Source: a virus. From it: 64,000 nt of DNA. The notes under the pieces were generated by a model. The model saw nothing but the letters and a program-made list of their open reading frames with translations, was not told where the DNA came from and made no database searches. Each line of letters opens with the position of its first letter. Within the stretch, counting starts at the first letter, position 1. The position numbers and the translations under genes are program-made. The stretch covers positions 1 to 64,000 of IMG/VR virus record IMGVR_UViG_3300036770_008686, one strand, 5' to 3'. This document shows positions 1 through 9,686 of the stretch, piece after piece.

Positions 1-75
1 GTCACTCTGGCTACCGCCAGTAGTAGCAACGTTCACCCACGCATCAACAAAATCAACAGCACTAACACGAGCCAT
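1..75 (-). CDS. Partial (runs off window) HTH-type protein, paralog of 22106..22432
   Basis: Manual translation MARVSAVDFVDAWVNVATTGGSQSD; AGGAG RBS; F-x3-W-x5-TG-x2-QSD pattern shared with 22106..22432. Confidence 0.7.
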   Translation of the reverse strand, partial: MARVSAVDFVDAWVNVATTGGSQSD

Positions 76-170
76 AGCCAGTTCTCCTAAATGCCTACCA
101 TTTTACCGCTCACAGTCGGCGGCGACAGACTGATACCGTACCCACCCTGTAAAGCGTTATATTTATTAGT

Positions 171-755
171 TTATTTTTGTGCCACAAAATATATGTAACG
201 ATTTTCTTTTCTTAGTCTAGCAGAAAGTTCTATGAAATTTCCACTTTCAATAATTTTAAACCCAATATTTTTCAATATATTTTCTAATTCAACTTGTGAA
301 AAACATTTTATAAAAGGTTTAGCGGCACAATCAACGCACTGATCTGATCTGGCTGATAGAAAAATAGTTTCGTTTAATTTTTCATAAAATTTATTTAAAA
401 CATTCATATAATCAGAACAAGAATGTAAGACTCTGTGGCTTATTATGTGATCAAAATTTTCTCCTGTATATTCTGTTATACTTCCTTGTATCTTTTTTTG
501 ATTTTTATAATTACTTAAAACAAAGAAGTTCTCTAAAGAATCTAGTGCAATATCACTTACATCATTATAATAAATAAAAGATTCACATTCTGACATTAAT
601 ATTTTGGATGCCCTTCCGCTTCCACATCCATGATCTAAAATTTTTTTATTAGCACCACACACAGAATGAATATAATTTTTTAAACAAATATCTAATTGAA
701 TTTCCTCGTGGTTGTAATTTTGTCTATATCTGTTTTCCCAGCGTATTTTGCTCAT
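171..755 (-). CDS. Class I SAM-dependent methyltransferase
   Basis: ILDHGCGSG motif I, YNDVS motif II, FDHIISHRVLH. Confidence 0.85.
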   Translation of the reverse strand: MSKIRWENRYRQNYNHEEIQLDICLKNYIHSVCGANKKILDHGCGSGRASKILMSECESFIYYNDVSDIALDSLENFFVLSNYKNQKKIQGSITEYTGENFDHIISHRVLHSCSDYMNVLNKFYEKLNETIFLSARSDQCVDCAAKPFIKCFSQVELENILKNIGFKIIESGNFIELSARLRKENRYIYFVAQK

Positions 756-1638
756 TTTTATCCTTAAAATTTATTTTATTTAAAAAGTTTTTTAAATCGT
801 TGTTTTCTTCTAATGTTAGTTCTATCTTACAATTATTTAGGTCTGCATTTAATTTTTTTAAATTATCAATAAAAATTTTGGTAAACTCTTTCGGAGGCTG
901 ATAGTGACCACTTCTATCAGTTATAGAAACAATTTTTCCTTCCACACACTCCAGTTCTCCAGCAAATGCTGCCGGTTCTCCTTGAATTATGCTTGAGTGC
1001 TTAATTTCAGATGGGCAGAGCACAACACTGAATTTATCTTGTTTAACAATTCCTTTTCTAATTAAAAGTTCATTTCTATTACACTTTTCTATCTCTTTTG
1101 GATTGTAGTTTTCATAGAACTCAGATCTGCTAAAAATTGTTGTTTTTTCTGTTTCTATTCCATATTCCCATATTTCATTGTTGCTTTCCATCCATATACA
1201 ATCTTTTTCTTCTCCTTTTTTTGTTAATTTTCCACAACAAATAAAAACTTCTCTTTCTAAATCGGCAAATGACTTAGTTTTTTCTAAAAAACTTTTTATT
1301 CTTCTAGGGGCAGCGTATATTTTTCCGTCTCTATCCATTACTAATAAAAAACTTTTGTAGCCGTCTCCAAGAGCCCTGTTTTCTGCTCTTGTGTCTAGTA
1401 ATTCTTTTTTACTATTTAAAACCAACCCATTTTCTATGGTTATTTTATAGGTTTCTCTTTCTTCTTTGGATAAATAAACAGCACTGGGAACTGCTCTTCC
1501 AAACTTATTTACTTTTCTAAACAGCTCTTCTGGAAATCTGTTGGGCAAAACATAGAACTGATCTTCTCTTTTTTCTGAATTTAACTTCTTGCATAAACTA
1601 AACTGGATTGATTTTATTTTCTTGACTGAAAACTCCAT
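724..1638 (-). CDS. Protein with plant IQM-like/SGHY conserved domain (function unknown)
   Basis: YL-x2-EERE-x-Y, HSS-x2-G-x4-AG-x-L, SGHY-x-P motifs. Confidence 0.55.
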   Translation of the reverse strand: MEFSVKKIKSIQFSLCKKLNSEKREDQFYVLPNRFPEELFRKVNKFGRAVPSAVYLSKEERETYKITIENGLVLNSKKELLDTRAENRALGDGYKSFLLVMDRDGKIYAAPRRIKSFLEKTKSFADLEREVFICCGKLTKKGEEKDCIWMESNNEIWEYGIETEKTTIFSRSEFYENYNPKEIEKCNRNELLIRKGIVKQDKFSVVLCPSEIKHSSIIQGEPAAFAGELECVEGKIVSITDRSGHYQPPKEFTKIFIDNLKKLNADLNNCKIELTLEENNDLKNFLNKINFKDKNEQNTLGKQI

Positions 1639-1673
1639 GTTTAGTTCCTTAATAATTTCCTAACAATATATAT

Positions 1674-1704
1674 AAAAAAACCCTTGCTTTTCAGCAAGGG
1701 TTTT
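1674..1704 (-). terminator. Rho-independent terminator
   Basis: CCCTTGCT/AGCAAGGG stem followed by T-run on minus strand, after PcfJ gene. Confidence 0.75.
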
Positions 1705-1734
1705 ACAGATTCAATTTAAATTAAATTTTGAGCT

Positions 1735-3180
1735 TTAATCTCTGTTCAATGCGACAGACCTATCCAGATAAGATCTGTATTTCTTGATAAACTCTTTTTC
1801 TTTTTCTTTAGGCTCAGAATTATTTTTTCCTTTCGCCTGAACAATAAGATTTTGCTTTATCTCTATAGTAATCAAACTTTGATTTATGTTGTTCTTTTTT
1901 CTAAGAAAAACAATGTTTGTTTCGTTGTTTGCCATTCTTTTGTAATAACTTGCAACACAATGCGAAAGGTTTTGGCCCTCATTTATAAGGTCTTTAACGT
2001 CTTTTGGCAAAACAACAACGTACTGGTCGTCTGAGTATTCGATACTACTATTTTTCATATCACTAATTACATTTTGAAACTTTTCATTAAGAATTTCATC
2101 TTCTTTAATTTTATAGTTCTTTTGAGTGATGTTGTGAAGTGTTGAAAGATACCTTGGATATTTTTCATACTCTTTGTTCATTTCAACATTCATGTTTGCA
2201 TAATCAAAAAGCAATTGCAAGGCTCCATTAGAATCACTCCAGCGATTCGAAAAACCCAAATCTAGCCCTTGATTATAAACATCTCTATACAAATAGTCCA
2301 TTAGTCGAGTGGACTCATAACCCATTTCAATAAGCTTATTAATAAGCTTTACTTGAGAAGAAGTAATGGCCGCTCTATAGTTTTCAAAAACGTATTTAAA
2401 TTGATTCCTTAGATCATTTTTTACACAAGCAATATAGCCACCGATATGATCTATCAAAGTTTCGTCTTCAAAATAATTTTCACTCAACCTTTGGTTGCAA
2501 TTATCAAAAAACCAACTATCAAGTTTGGTCTTTTTGAAGTTTAAGTAAATAGCGTCATCATTGTAAGGAGAAGGCTTTGATCTGCTTGCCAATATAGAAC
2601 TAAGTGAATTCTCAAGCAAACCATCATAAAACTTAATAAGATCATCATTAGAAAGACTTTGTATATGAGCGATCTTACTAAAGCTTTCAATTGAATCAAA
2701 AAACAACTTATCGGAATTCAATACATGAATCTTGCATCTCTTTTTTTGCTTTCGATTATCTATCCATCCACCCTTTTTATGCTTTTGATTGGCCCAAATA
2801 TCTATAAGTCTAAAGAAGGTCTTAATCCAAGGAACCTCTGCTTTATTGGCCAATTCAAGCCAGAAAGTATCTCTTTCATAATAGCCAATTTTAACCATCT
2901 TATTTTCGATGTTAAGCTTGGTCTTGGAGAGAGCAGTTTCGCTAACCTTTGAGCCATTGCTCTTAACCACGGTCTTAGATGGCAAATCATAAAAAAATTC
3001 GCCATCGTTAAACTTAAAGGAGATTTGCTTCTTATCTCCAGATTCAGAAATTTCTACAAGATTATTAAAACAACTTTTTGTGCTTTTCTTGTTTATGCTA
3101 TTGATAAGGTCTGTGACTGAGAATCCTTCCTCAAGATTGATTTCAGCAATAACATTGCCATTTTCATCTTTAATTTTCAT
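1735..3180 (-). CDS. PcfJ-like domain protein
   Basis: C-terminal LPK-x3-DLINEG-x3-SHCVASY...IVFLRK...LITIEI...VQAKG-x-NN. Confidence 0.85.
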   Translation of the reverse strand: MKIKDENGNVIAEINLEEGFSVTDLINSINKKSTKSCFNNLVEISESGDKKQISFKFNDGEFFYDLPSKTVVKSNGSKVSETALSKTKLNIENKMVKIGYYERDTFWLELANKAEVPWIKTFFRLIDIWANQKHKKGGWIDNRKQKKRCKIHVLNSDKLFFDSIESFSKIAHIQSLSNDDLIKFYDGLLENSLSSILASRSKPSPYNDDAIYLNFKKTKLDSWFFDNCNQRLSENYFEDETLIDHIGGYIACVKNDLRNQFKYVFENYRAAITSSQVKLINKLIEMGYESTRLMDYLYRDVYNQGLDLGFSNRWSDSNGALQLLFDYANMNVEMNKEYEKYPRYLSTLHNITQKNYKIKEDEILNEKFQNVISDMKNSSIEYSDDQYVVVLPKDVKDLINEGQNLSHCVASYYKRMANNETNIVFLRKKNNINQSLITIEIKQNLIVQAKGKNNSEPKEKEKEFIKKYRSYLDRSVALNRD

Positions 3181-3270
3181 ATATAAAAGACCTCAATTAT
3201 GTGTGCCATATAATAGTGGACGAAAAAAGTCTAAATAAATTTATCAAAACATAAAGGAAAATATTCTAAT

Positions 3271-3387
3271 ATGAACTGTTGTGATAATCTCCGTATTGTT
3301 TGTCCTAATTGTGATTGTCAACTGCCGACATATAAGGCAAAAAATAAAGGAAATAGTTCTAGGAAATATTTTATAGTTCAAAAATAG
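3271..3387 (+). pseudogene. HNH endonuclease C-terminal remnant
   Basis: Translates DNLRIVCPNCDCQLPTYKAKNKGNS, matching DNLRMICSNCDATTPFYKNKNKGNG of HNH 39883..40482. Confidence 0.75.
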
Positions 3388-3457
3388 AGCGTGAGGGAAT
3401 CGAACCCACTTCTGTAGTTAATAAGACTACGGTCTTTTACCATTAGACGAACGCTCC
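3385..3457 (-). tRNA. Atypical tRNA with anticodon UAU (Ile?) and U37
   Basis: Cloverleaf GGAGCGT/ACGCTCT, D arm GTCT/AGAC, anticodon stem GTAGT/ACTAC with loop CTTATTA, TTCGATT T-loop. Confidence 0.75.
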
Positions 3458-3573
3458 AACCAGGGCACGTACCCACCCAGCAACTTTTAATTTTTTTCTT
3501 CATTGGAAGCCAAATATTCGACCCCATTTATAAGAATTTCACATGCTAAAATGTAAATCAGAAAAGCATCCAT

Positions 3574-4077
3574 TTAATTCCAGGGCCCATGATGTTTATG
3601 TTTTAAACAACTTATCATAGATTGCTCTACAGTGTATTTTGTGATATTGCTTGGCTTAAACAATTCATAAAACTCTTTCTTGGGTAAACTATTTTTGGCG
3701 ACACTCATCTGCCAATCGTAAACTCTTTCTTCGCCTCTGAATTTTGACTCAACCCATGCGTGTAAATATCTTTTTGGATTGGAAGATAGAGGTTCTTCGA
3801 CTTCTCCATGACAAACAAAAATATCTTTTTCGTCAACAACACCGTCATTTAAAATTTCCATGGCCAAATTGTTAGCATAAGGAAAACACTTTCCCATTGC
3901 AATAACTTCTTGTTCTGTTAGCCATTTACTAAAATTTTCAAGATATTTTCCGCCTCTGTTTTTTCTTTTGCAATAATTTTTTTGGCTAAATCCTTTGGGA
4001 TTTTCACAATTTATGCTTTTTTTGTATTTCACACTCCATCTAGACTTGTGATTTTTTCTTGGCTTATTGTAACTCAT
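3574..4077 (-). CDS. Hypothetical: SINCxNPKGFSQK motif fused to papain/transglutaminase-like domain
   Basis: SINCENPKGFSQKNYC (recurrent in large phages); C(FPYA)...HAWVE...YD putative triad. Confidence 0.5.
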   Translation of the reverse strand: MSYNKPRKNHKSRWSVKYKKSINCENPKGFSQKNYCKRKNRGGKYLENFSKWLTEQEVIAMGKCFPYANNLAMEILNDGVVDEKDIFVCHGEVEEPLSSNPKRYLHAWVESKFRGEERVYDWQMSVAKNSLPKKEFYELFKPSNITKYTVEQSMISCLKHKHHGPWN

Positions 4078-4445
4078 TTTTTATGCTTGTAGTCTAGGTG
4101 GTGATAAACGTCATCCAAATACTCGCCAGCTAAATTTAATTTTGATTTAACCCAATCTTTTAATTCACCAACATTGTCTATTAACTCTTCAAGCTCTTCT
4201 GCTTTATCTTTGATGCTTCTTAGATTTCCAATAGACATTTTGTTTTTTTGTTCTTCTGTTTTGTAATATTTAACATAATCTAATACTATGTTTAAATAAT
4301 CTTCTGCGTGGGTTAGTTTTGCTTTAACCCAATCCTCTAATTCTTGATCCTCTATCATTTTTATTAGTTTTTCACTATAGGTTATAATTTTGTGAAGATC
4401 ATTTTTACTGTGATTTAAGCTTTCTAAATATTTTTTAAATTTCAT
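4074..4445 (-). CDS. Hypothetical phage protein with two LxDWVKxKLxxAxxYL repeats
   Basis: Internal duplication in translation; TATAAATA upstream. Confidence 0.7.
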   Translation of the reverse strand: MKFKKYLESLNHSKNDLHKIITYSEKLIKMIEDQELEDWVKAKLTHAEDYLNIVLDYVKYYKTEEQKNKMSIGNLRSIKDKAEELEELIDNVGELKDWVKSKLNLAGEYLDDVYHHLDYKHKK

Positions 4446-4455
4446 TTTTACCTCG

Positions 4456-4463
4456 TATTTATA
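4456..4463 (-). promoter_or_regulatory. T4-type late promoter TATAAATA (also at 4977-4984, 46283-46290, 58807-58814 on minus and 4971-4978 on plus)
   Basis: Exact T4 gp55 consensus within about 5-45 nt of gene or tmRNA starts; AT-richness weakens significance. Confidence 0.5.
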
Positions 4464-4469
4464 TATTGT

Positions 4470-4931
4470 TTATTTTATCAAAATCATATACTTAGCTGGC
4501 AAACCACAATAATTTAGCTCAAAAAACTCTCTAAATCCAAAAGTTTCCCAAAAGCTTTTTGAGCCCATAACGGAAGTTAAACAATAAACACTATTCCCAT
4601 TATTCAATACTGTTTTTACCAGCTGTTTAGCCGCACCTTTGCTCCTAAACTCTTTTTGCACACAAACATCATGTATATACCAACAATTAGTGTTATCTTG
4701 TTTTTCGTGAAAACAATTAATTGGAAAAGATTTTCCAACAAAATACGGAAAACTAATTATATAACCTATTACGCCATCCAAATCGGCCACAAAACAACTT
4801 TCATAATTGTTTTTTATTTTACTAATAAAACTTTCTTCTCCTTCGTAATATTCTTCTGCGTAATTTTTTGTTCCTAAATCACAAACTTCACTATAATCTT
4901 CTGGGTTTATATGTCTTATTTTAACTCTCAT
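4470..4931 (-). CDS. GNAT acetyltransferase
   Basis: WYIHDVCV-x-KEFRSKGAA motif A; FWETFGF. Confidence 0.85.
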   Translation of the reverse strand: MRVKIRHINPEDYSEVCDLGTKNYAEEYYEGEESFISKIKNNYESCFVADLDGVIGYIISFPYFVGKSFPINCFHEKQDNTNCWYIHDVCVQKEFRSKGAAKQLVKTVLNNGNSVYCLTSVMGSKSFWETFGFREFFELNYCGLPAKYMILIK

Positions 4932-5002
4932 AAATATTAATTTCTATGATTAATATTTATGAGAGTTAAGTATAAATATTTATAAGAAGAAAGGATTCTC
5001 TT

Positions 5003-5194
5003 ATGAAAAGAATGCTATTTATAATGGCGAGAACTATAGACTACAGAATAGGCCTAAGAAATGACGATAAGCCTGACCTGCCTTTATTAACGTTTGAAGA
5101 AGCTTTAATAAGCTTTAGTTTAAAATTAACTATAATGTTAATAAATTTAATAACATGTTTATTTGTTATAGCAAACGTCATACATCATTGGTAA
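5003..5194 (+). CDS. Small membrane hypothetical protein
   Basis: AGGA RBS, TATAAATA upstream, hydrophobic C-terminus ending IANVIHHW. Confidence 0.6.
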   Translation: MKRMLFIMARTIDYRIGLRNDDKPDLPLLTFEEALISFSLKLTIMLINLITCLFVIANVIHHW

Positions 5195-5948
5195 TCTCAC
5201 AATCTTGTTCTGATTCCCAAAAAAAAGTTTCGCCTCTATATTTTTTATCTATTTCTCTATTGTGTTTCTTTTGATAAACGCCTAAGTAGTCGTGTATTCC
5301 CATGAAATTAGGCAAGTTTTGTTCTGCTAGTAGTTGAAAATTTTTATTTAAACACATGTGAAAACTCAAATCACCTGTACACCCACCGTCTCCTTCTCCA
5401 ATATAGAAGACTTTTGTGTCTATGGGCAAGCACTCTAATATTTCTGTTGCAACACAGCTTTGATATGGAGGCCAACTTAAAAATATATCTCCTTTTATTC
5501 TTTTTTTACTCATATCATAAGCTATTTTTATTGCATTTTTTCTTCTTATTTTAATTTTTTTAATTTTTTCATTACTTTTTTCAACTAGCCTATGATAGCT
5601 ATTTTTACTTAATATTTTGTGAATGTCGGATGCTCTAACATCAACCCCAGCCCTTTTTAAGATTCTTGCCCAGTAACCAGTACCAGCCATGACATCATAA
5701 AGCGGACCACAAGTAAACTTTTTAACAAGATCAACCGCTTCTTTACAGGGTATGCTCCAGCCAAAAAATTTTGTAAATTTGTCTCTAACAGAAAAAAGAG
5801 ATAGATAAAGATCTAAATCTGTGTTACTGTTTCTCTTATTAAGCAGATTACATATTTCAATCCTTGACATTTCGCCAAAGTTTTCTGCTAGTTTGGTGAA
5901 TCTATCGCTATCTAATTCTAGGTCATTCATCAGATAGTATCTTGTCAC
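5178..5948 (-). CDS. SAM-dependent methyltransferase-like protein
   Basis: YDVMAGTGYW, ASD, FLSWPPY, YIGE motifs. Confidence 0.7.
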   Translation of the reverse strand: MTRYYLMNDLELDSDRFTKLAENFGEMSRIEICNLLNKRNSNTDLDLYLSLFSVRDKFTKFFGWSIPCKEAVDLVKKFTCGPLYDVMAGTGYWARILKRAGVDVRASDIHKILSKNSYHRLVEKSNEKIKKIKIRRKNAIKIAYDMSKKRIKGDIFLSWPPYQSCVATEILECLPIDTKVFYIGEGDGGCTGDLSFHMCLNKNFQLLAEQNLPNFMGIHDYLGVYQKKHNREIDKKYRGETFFWESEQDCEITNDV

Positions 5949-7710
5949 TATACTTTTTTAAGAAATAAACAATTAGCTTGTTAATAAATTTGTAAGGTTT
6001 GTTTTCTATTTTATATTTATTTCCAACTTTTGTAAACTTAATAGAAAGTCTTTCTTGCATTCTATCTAAGTCTATTTTATTTATAGCATCTTTTCCCATG
6101 GCATTGGCAAGTCCAGCTAAATTTTTCTTAGCCAAGCCTGAAGGTTCATTATTTTCAAAATTGTTTAAAGGACTGCTAGAGTGTATTTGATTTATAACAA
6201 AATCAAAAATAGTGTATGCTTCTGGCGGTCCCACTTCTATTTTAGAGGTTAATAATTCTACTATTTTAAAAATATTAGGAGTTTTCAAAGTTTGAGTTGA
6301 AAAAGCTGAATCTCCGTGCTTCATTTGAGAATTCAGTATTTTTCTTATATTAATTTTTCTTATCTGCGTTTTTGTTAAGTTACCGACAGAAGTTAGTTCT
6401 TGTTTGGTTACACTAGCGTTTAGGTGATCATTTACTAAATCTTCAAATCTTTTCTTAGACACCTTTTTAAGAATCTCGTGTATCCAAGGTGAGTATAACG
6501 ATATTCTAGTTCCTATTATTAGTTGCTCGTTGCTTACAAGTTCATATTCTTTTTCTGAAAACTTTTCCGAAATTTCTTTGTCCCAAATGTAAGAACCTGA
6601 CTTTTTTATTAATTTTCTTTTTTCATATTCTTCTAGATTTTTAAAGTTTTCATCTTGAATTAAAGATAAACACGAATTAGAGCTTATTTTATTTTTATCA
6701 TTAGTGTCACTGTTTTTATACTCTTCAATACTTTCAAAAAATAAATCAAAATTATAGCAACTAATTTCTTTTTTTACATATTTATTAAGAAATCTTTTTT
6801 CTTTGTATTTAATTTCTTTAACAACTTCATCATCAACATCCATAAACTGTGCAGATGAACTGCCTGCTCGCCCAGCACTTTCACAACCAACAAACTGATA
6901 CTTGGGCTTTCCGCCTTCTTCAAGTATGTAAATATCATTATTTAAGTAGTAATGATCATAAGAACCAGTAGGGTTGGCAGTACACCAACTTGTTGTTTTT
7001 CCATATTTACACAACAATCTTTTTCTACTTTCAACTTTATTTTTTTTCTCTTCAATAAAGTCTGGGTGAATTCCTAGTTGGGGTAAAAATATTAGTTGAT
7101 AATCGCCCTCTTTTGCTATGAATCTTATAAGATCTTTGTCTTTCTCTAAAGTATCACCCTCTTTTTGAAGCTTTCTTTTTTTTCTGTTGCTTATCTCTTG
7201 TTGTTTAAGTAGATATTCTTTTACAAACTTATCTGCACTCAATCCTATTCTAAACCAACCTTCTTGTCCTATTTGACTTTTAGGTAGCTCACCGCTACTT
7301 ATTCTATTTTTAGTTACTTCTATAGCTAAATCTAGATCTTCTTCGTGGAATACTTTAACAACTAAATAACCAAGGCTAAAACTTAGCCAATTAATATTTT
7401 CTAACTTCTTGCCAGAAAGAACTTTTATTATTATTTTTTTATATCGACTTAAATTATTGTCAAAACTCTTTAAAATTTGATCTTCAAGAAGTTTCGTATA
7501 CTCCTTACTACCCCATCTACGTTGAATGTCGGCAGACACTCCTGTAATGAACGAAGTATTATTGAAGTGGTTTGACGAATTGCCGAAAAAACCGGCATAA
7601 TTCATTGAATTTAAATCTTTAATATTGGCGTGTCTAACTATACTAGTCACCCAATCATTAAAGTTGTTATTTATATTTTCGGATAGCAATAACCATTGGG
7701 CAAAACTCAT
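5923..7710 (-). CDS. Large hypothetical phage protein (GxxTxWCT motif)
   Basis: 595 aa ORF; KYGKTTSWCTA...KYQF block; N-terminal FAQWLLLSE. Confidence 0.7.
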   Translation of the reverse strand: MSFAQWLLLSENINNNFNDWVTSIVRHANIKDLNSMNYAGFFGNSSNHFNNTSFITGVSADIQRRWGSKEYTKLLEDQILKSFDNNLSRYKKIIIKVLSGKKLENINWLSFSLGYLVVKVFHEEDLDLAIEVTKNRISSGELPKSQIGQEGWFRIGLSADKFVKEYLLKQQEISNRKKRKLQKEGDTLEKDKDLIRFIAKEGDYQLIFLPQLGIHPDFIEEKKNKVESRKRLLCKYGKTTSWCTANPTGSYDHYYLNNDIYILEEGGKPKYQFVGCESAGRAGSSSAQFMDVDDEVVKEIKYKEKRFLNKYVKKEISCYNFDLFFESIEEYKNSDTNDKNKISSNSCLSLIQDENFKNLEEYEKRKLIKKSGSYIWDKEISEKFSEKEYELVSNEQLIIGTRISLYSPWIHEILKKVSKKRFEDLVNDHLNASVTKQELTSVGNLTKTQIRKINIRKILNSQMKHGDSAFSTQTLKTPNIFKIVELLTSKIEVGPPEAYTIFDFVINQIHSSSPLNNFENNEPSGLAKKNLAGLANAMGKDAINKIDLDRMQERLSIKFTKVGNKYKIENKPYKFINKLIVYFLKKYSDKILSDE

Positions 7711-7737
7711 ACAATATATAATGTTTTTAGTTTATTT

Positions 7738-8172
7738 TTAAAATCCATAATATTCTTTGTAATACTCTAAAATCTCAGGTTTAAACTCTTTTATATATCT
7801 TAATATTAATTCATAATAATTGTTTTCAATCGTCTCAAGACAACATCCACCGGCATATTTTGGCCAATGCTCTGTTTCACCGAACTCATCCAAGATAGAT
7901 ATTATTCTGCCGATGTATAAGTTGAGTTGGTCTTTTTTTGAAAACTCAAATCTATTAGGCCCCAAACTATTTCCAGGATGGTTTATTGGGAAAAGTTTCT
8001 CCAAATTTGAAATTTCAGAAAGTTTTTCTTTTTCTGTTAAGTTCTTAAAAACATTTAATTCGTTATTCATAGTATATAATTCTTTCTTAGAATTTACATA
8101 TACTTCTAATGTAATGATAACAATACGGTTGGGCCACCGTGCTTGTCTCAGGTTGCCAAGGTGCCGTATCAT
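7738..8172 (-). CDS. Hypothetical protein (true start may be downstream)
   Basis: ORF in tiled minus-strand array. Confidence 0.55.
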   Translation of the reverse strand: MIRHLGNLRQARWPNRIVIITLEVYVNSKKELYTMNNELNVFKNLTEKEKLSEISNLEKLFPINHPGNSLGPNRFEFSKKDQLNLYIGRIISILDEFGETEHWPKYAGGCCLETIENNYYELILRYIKEFKPEILEYYKEYYGF

Positions 8173-8788
8173 TAAAATAAAGCTTTAGATAGTCTATATC
8201 TTTTAATTGCCATCTATTGGTTGGTGTTTGGTGATCTGTATATTCTTTAGTAAAAGTTCTCAGTTTTAAAGATTTTTCTATTTCTTCTTCGAACCTTCCC
8301 TTAATAACAAATTTTGAATAATGATACATTGCTTTGTTGCTTTTTAAAAATACTTTTTCTTTTTCCCTGGGCAGTCTTTTTTTTAAAACAAAAGCAGAAT
8401 AGAAAAAAGAACAATCCGGGTTGTTGTAGACTCTTTTCATTATTTTTTTATTCAAATCATTATTTGAAAACTCTTTTTGATTTGTTATTGCCAAATAATT
8501 TATTGCGTATACTGTATTTTTAGAAAAAACACTTTCTAATTCTCCGCTGAGCTTACACTCTTCTGGATTGTTAAATTTAAACTCTCTAATACCATTTCCT
8601 TGTCCAACATAATCGACATCAAGAAACAAAGTGTATAAATAATTATAAGCTAATTTAGCATTGGTACAAAAAGCCCTATCTAATTCATAGGTCCTTTTGA
8701 CAGGTTTCTTTGTAACTCTTCCGATATAATTAAGAAACTTTTCCTTGGCCTTATGATCGTTTTCTTCAATTTCTATATTAACTATCAT
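8087..8788 (-). CDS. YxxxV(L/I)KxR repeat family protein
   Basis: FYSAFVLKKRLP and HYSKFVIKGRFE repeats. Confidence 0.65.
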   Translation of the reverse strand: MIVNIEIEENDHKAKEKFLNYIGRVTKKPVKRTYELDRAFCTNAKLAYNYLYTLFLDVDYVGQGNGIREFKFNNPEECKLSGELESVFSKNTVYAINYLAITNQKEFSNNDLNKKIMKRVYNNPDCSFFYSAFVLKKRLPREKEKVFLKSNKAMYHYSKFVIKGRFEEEIEKSLKLRTFTKEYTDHQTPTNRWQLKDIDYLKLYFNDTAPWQPETSTVAQPYCYHYIRSICKF

Positions 8789-8789
8789 T

Positions 8790-9041
8790 TTAGTTGTTGC
8801 TATACTTTAGAGTGTTACGTAAAACCATAGAAGTTGCAATATCTCTTATTTCATTCAACAGAGAAACATATTGATCTTGGTCTATCTTTTGCTCACAGTA
8901 AAGTGAGTGTATCATCATCCCGGCAAACATGGCATTATGTATGCACTCATTTACATTTGAAACTTCTTCAAAAGCTATGCCGTTTTTATTATATTCAATC
9001 ATTCTTCTCTCGCTGGATAATCTCCGTCGCTCACTATCCAT
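8790..9041 (-). CDS. Hypothetical protein
   Basis: ORF tiling. Confidence 0.55.
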   Translation of the reverse strand: MDSERRRLSSERRMIEYNKNGIAFEEVSNVNECIHNAMFAGMMIHSLYCEQKIDQDQYVSLLNEIRDIATSMVLRNTLKYSNN

Positions 9042-9320
9042 CTAGGCTTTTTTGTATCTTCTTCGGTAAGTATATCTATTGCTATGCTTATTGTTCCTAA
9101 AAAAAACAGAACAAGCAACAAACCAATTATGTATATCCCTATGCTCATACTAACGACCAACGGAACACTTTATGTGTTTTGAAACTTCTAAACGCACAGG
9201 TTTATAAAATTCAACAAAGCTCCAAAAACGCTTGCTCGATAGTTTTAAACAATCAAAGCATGTTTTTGAAAAATTATTTGTATTATTGTTACACAATCTA
9301 CACTTATTCATATTTAACTT

Positions 9321-9590
9321 TTATTCATCTGAGTGGTTTACAATAAATTCTTTTATGTCTTTTGGAAGTATATTAAGGAGTCTTTTTCCAAAACGTTTTG
9401 TAAAAAAATCTACTATCGCTTGAACTTTATTTTTGGCATAACCATGTGCAGCCATGGTTTCTTTTATATCAGGATCAACTTCTATCCAACTCAAATCTGA
9501 AACAAAGAACTCCTTTAGTTTTAGTTCTTTATTCTCTTCTAGAAAATTAATAATTCTTTTTTCAATTTCGCTTATATTGAATTCATTCAT
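9321..9590 (-). CDS. Hypothetical protein
   Basis: ORF tiling with RBS. Confidence 0.6.
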   Translation of the reverse strand: MNEFNISEIEKRIINFLEENKELKLKEFFVSDLSWIEVDPDIKETMAAHGYAKNKVQAIVDFFTKRFGKRLLNILPKDIKEFIVNHSDE

Positions 9591-9614
9591 TTTGCTATCC
9601 TTACAAAATAAGTA

Positions 9615-9686
9615 TGACCCCTATGGGATTCGAACCCATGTTAGCGGAGTGAAAGTCCGCTTTCCTAACCTCTAGAAGAAGGGGCC
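9615..9686 (-). tRNA. tRNA-Glu(UUC)
   Basis: GGCCCCT/AGGGGTC acceptor; GCGGA-CTTTCAC-TCCGC; no encoded CCA. Confidence 0.95.

Noticed and set aside
3385-3457. Reading the odd tRNA as an ochre (UUA) suppressor
   Set aside because: With the 5-bp stem and C32-U33 register, the anticodon is UAU, not UUA.
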